DNA of 62,717 nt, the filler included, from Octopus bimaculoides (lineage: Eukaryota), in assembly GCF_001194135.2 (NCBI RefSeq). It is 5 parts of 5 records of this genome, joined end to end, with 100 filler letters (N's around TTAATTAATTAA, not from the genome) between each part and the next. Parts side by side here need not be neighbours in the genome. Positions count along the whole stretch, not along the records: positions 51,958 to 62,717 come from NC_068986.1; 4 more parts are not named here. One strand, 5' to 3'. The notes under the pieces are model-generated. The model ran no database searches and was not told the DNA's origin. It saw only the letters and a list, made by a program, of their open reading frames with translations. Made by a program: the position numbers and the translations under genes. Shown here in pieces: positions 62,218-62,717 of the stretch. Position 1 is the first letter of the stretch. Each line of letters opens with the position of its first letter.

Positions 62218-62639
62218 ACGGTATATGTTTACATTTGCTCGTATTTGTGGTTTGGACCCTGCCAAATTAATATTTGTTTGTCAGTATTCTGATATCCACT
62301 AGAAATTCACATTAAAAGTTGATATAGCTCTGTTTCTTCCTTCCAGAAATATAATTACAATTATTTGCAACCAACATCACACTCCTCTAGAGATGCCTAG
62401 GTATTTCATTTACATCTTACAAATCTATGTGTGTATGATATTTGCTTTCTCTATTTTTCTTGTATATTCCTTTCAATTACGTTTTCTATGTATCAAATTT
62501 AGAATGTAATGTCACGATTTCTCTTGTATATTGTGGGGCTATACTGGTCCTCTGAAATTATGCCTATATTTGCTGCATATAATTGACAACGTCTAGTGAC
62601 CGGCAGAAATACTTAAAAGATAGATATGCCTAACTGAAA

Positions 62640-62678
62640 TCCTCTCTCTCGTTCTCTCTCTCTCTCGTTCTCTCTCTC

Positions 62679-62717
<39 letters not shown>
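62640..62717. repeat. (CT)n microsatellite with GTT interruptions
   Basis: Directly visible. Confidence 0.95.

Overview
Eukaryotic, microsatellite-saturated, gap-rich genomic DNA. The tRNA-derived SINE families and TE content suggest a coleoid cephalopod, most likely Octopus (inference from recalled repeat families, not a database result). No host protein-coding gene, rRNA, true tRNA or CRISPR array can be supported. The window is five pieces (1-9044, 9145-19539, 19640-27357, 27458-51857, 51958-62717) joined by identical synthetic 100-nt spacers (N44-TTAATTAATTAA-N44), so adjacency across spacers is not base-level. Almost all interpretable sequence is decayed transposable element: a near full-length Tx1/L1-type LINE followed by two truncated relatives; two RTE-clade LINE families; R4/Dong-like fragments; several Penelope-like elements; mariner, maT and Tc1 relics; non-autonomous Helitrons; a foldback MITE built from telomere-like repeats; and many SINEs. 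The main leads are: (1) a rearranged Helitron/Helentron-like relic (about 46.7-50.0 kb) with two different deubiquitinase-type domains, OTU and USP/C19, flanking Rep-N and Pif1 helicase; (2) a Tx1-type LINE whose junctions abut CTAT-type microsatellites; (3) an RTE copy with twin-priming-like 5' inversion geometry; (4) a MITE with head-to-head TTAGGG/CCCTAA variants and an exact 8-bp TSD. Boundaries of degenerate elements are approximate.
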